The translations under genes and the position numbers were made by a program. The notes beneath the pieces are model-generated. The model ran no database searches, was not told the origin of the DNA, and was given only the letters and a program-made list of their open reading frames with translations. A DNA stretch of 26,655 nt from a candidate division WOR-3 bacterium. GTDB taxonomy: Bacteria > Hydrothermota > Tepidihabitantia > SM23-42 > JAOAFX01. The DNA is taken from the NCBI GenBank assembly GCA_037444665.1, contig JBBILZ010000037.1, positions 1-26,655 on the forward strand. Direction: 5' to 3'. This document shows positions 24,623-26,655 of the stretch, piece after piece; position 1 is the stretch's first letter, and each line of letters starts with the position of its first letter.

Positions 24623-26408
24623 ATGAAAAAGATTATAACTTGCCTTTTAATGGTTTTAGTTCTGAGTGTTGCATGTTCACTATAGTATGTCTGATTATAC
24701 CGCTTCCAACTGGACACCCTATCATATCATTGAAGACCCGGAGACCCATAGAAAAGACGAAGGCTGGTATCCAACCATTGGTCTGGTTCCGGGTTGGCTT
24801 ATAGCAAAGATGCCCTGCATTGTTTATTGCTCGGGTCAGGGCGAGGTAAAGTATCGCTGGCTTGAGGATGGCACGCTACAGTGGCATGGCTTTACGCTTT
24901 TGCCTGCTACTACCGGGCTTGACCCTGGTCCGCCATCGGTCTATACTTATGGAGATTCTGTCTATGTGGTATTTTCAGTAAATTTTTTAGAAGGTGGTGA
25001 ACAACTCTGGAGTGCGATTTATTTTTACCAGTTTTCTTTTTATGCAACTGAAGCCTGGCCTGAAGAACTTGATTATTCACCAGGGCCGCTCCTCGCCTAT
25101 AGAAATGCCTCAATCGTTGTTGATGGTAATGGTAATCCGCATGTAGTCTGGGACAAGTGGGCTCCCTGGACTGGTGACTATGAAATCTACTACCGCTGGC
25201 GGAATAATGGTGTATGGGACCCACCGCTTGCTAATCCACCGCGTAGGATTTCAGAACAGCTGCCAAACTACGCTGACAAGTCGCCACACATAGATTGTTA
25301 TGGTAATGACTTATCTGTAGTTTGGTATGATGAAATTTCTGGCGTTCCAAACGAGATTTTGCGGAGACGAAAAGATATTTCATTAAATTTGTGGGCTGAC
25401 GTAGACCCACCGTACAGCCAATCACCCGGAATTCGTTCTGAGTTTCCCGTAAATGCGGCTCACGATTTTTCAGTCTGGTGTGAAATCGGTAATTCATCTG
25501 ATTATGATATCCGCTACCGGAGTGATACCTATGGTTTTGGCTGGGTTTCTCAAGAGCCTGAAAAAGAATATTTCTGCCACAGTCAATTGCAGAGAGACTG
25601 GTCGCCCTGGGACCTCTATACCATCTTCACCAAAGGCAATACCACACCTTATCAGATTGTCTGTGTTCATCAACAGTTTGGTAGTGGTCCTCCAGGTGGT
25701 GAATCACCTCTATACATTGTAGAGACAGGTCAGGATTCTATCTCTCCATTCTGTCTACACCGTGATGGAAAAATCACTTACACCAATTACTCAGTTGACT
25801 ATGGCACAAATGAACTCACCTATGAACTCTCTTTCCTTGACCCAACATTCCCTTTCCATAAGATAAAAGGCACTGCCTATTTTGAAGGTAATAGCAACAG
25901 AACCTATGAACTCTGGGTAAACGGTGAAAAGAAACATGTCTTTACGGTAAGACCAAATAAAGTTTATGATTTTGATCTCTTGATTCCCCGGGAATTATAT
26001 CAGCATACGCAGCGGATTAACTTTTCAATAAAGAATCCTGCTAATACTGGGGCCTGTCTTGCAGCACTGAGTGTCTATCGTAAGATTGATGCGAAATCTG
26101 GTGGTCCGCAGTCATACGGAACTGTAGAATTCAAAAATTCCAGTGAACTGACAATAGCGCCAAATCCATTCAAAGAAAAAACCGTTGTCAGATATTCCGC
26201 AGCCATAAATCATCCGACCTCAGCGAATATATATGATGCTGTTGGACGATTAGTAAAACGATTTGACGGTTTAACCATGCAATCATGCAAACAGATTACC
26301 TGGGACGGTTGTGATGACACAGGAAAACTTTTGCCGAGCGGTATCTATTTCTTAGAGTTAAAGCTTGCCAATAAATCAATTACTACACAGATAATTTTAT
26401 TGAGATAG
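24623..26408 (+). pseudogene. T9SS/FlgD-CTD secreted protein with an out-of-frame signal peptide (main ORF 24666-26408)
   Basis: GGAGG SD + ATG 24623 encodes MKKIITCLLMVLVLSVACSL-stop (TAG 24683-24685). The 580-aa body is in another frame and ends with PNPF...IYDAVGRLVK...TWDG-DD-GK-LPSGIYFL...IILLR. Confidence 0.7.
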
Positions 26409-26418
26409 TGAATTATCC

Positions 26419-26453
26419 TTCTGGGGGAGAAGTATTACTCTTCTCCCCCAGAA
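26419..26453. other. Strong intergenic hairpin (14-bp stem)
   Basis: TTCTGGGGGAGAAG-TATTACT-CTTCTCCCCCAGAA, followed by an A run rather than a U run on the + strand. Confidence 0.7.
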
Positions 26454-26467
26454 AAAAAAGGAGGCCG

Positions 26468-26655
26468 ATGAGAGTTATTTCGCTCTTTATTTCGTTTTTT
26501 ATCCTTATTAACATGGTTGATGCTTTGAATTTTCGTGAAGTTGTGGTCATACCGAGCGGTGCTGATGAACGAGGATTTGGCTTTGATACTGACCATGATG
26601 GTAGACAAAATTTAGTCTTTTGTTCACCTGTTGGTGCAATGCAATTTTGGGAACA
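26468..26655 (+). CDS. 5' part of a secreted protein with an FG-GAP/VCBS-like motif (runs off the window)
   Basis: GGAGG SD. Hand translation MRVISLFISFFILINMVDALNFREVVVIPSGADERGFGFDTDHDGRQNLVF..., open to the window edge. Confidence 0.75.
   Translation, partial: MRVISLFISFFILINMVDALNFREVVVIPSGADERGFGFDTDHDGRQNLVFCSPVGAMQFWE

Noticed and set aside
228..25722. Many short overlapping or antisense ORFs in the track (e.g. 2912-3382, 4598-5116, 11711-12061, 22445-22840, 24910-25224)
   Set aside because: They lie wholly or largely within well-supported genes and have no motifs or translation signals.

Overview
AT-rich bacterial chromosomal segment. The C-terminal FlgD/T9SS-type sorting domains and the gene content suggest an FCB-related lineage such as candidate phylum WOR-3 (inference only). 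From left to right it carries: cspA; a glycosylation cluster (GT2, UPF0104-type flippase, UDP-glucose dehydrogenase, UDP-glucuronate decarboxylase); an orphan family-5 solute-binding lipoprotein fused through a Pro/Thr linker to a TonB C-terminal domain; a T9SS-type secreted protein; a TtcA-like enzyme; iorB and an iorA interrupted by an in-frame stop; three envelope genes, including DUF2330; lipA; a three-gene methyltransferase/HNH restriction-modification cassette; an ArsR regulator; a membrane-fused spermidine-synthase-like protein; a collapsed T9SS gene; a small lipoprotein; yebC-ruvC-ruvA-ruvB; and two more secreted proteins. The most unusual items are the SBP-TonB fusion, a candidate H-type pseudoknot RNA at 24323-24433, thirteen sigma70-like promoters that all have a 16-nt spacer (six giving leaderless or near-leaderless mRNAs), and several families of small palindromic repeats, one of which is translated in frame inside a gene. 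No rRNA, tRNA, CRISPR array or intact transposase was seen.
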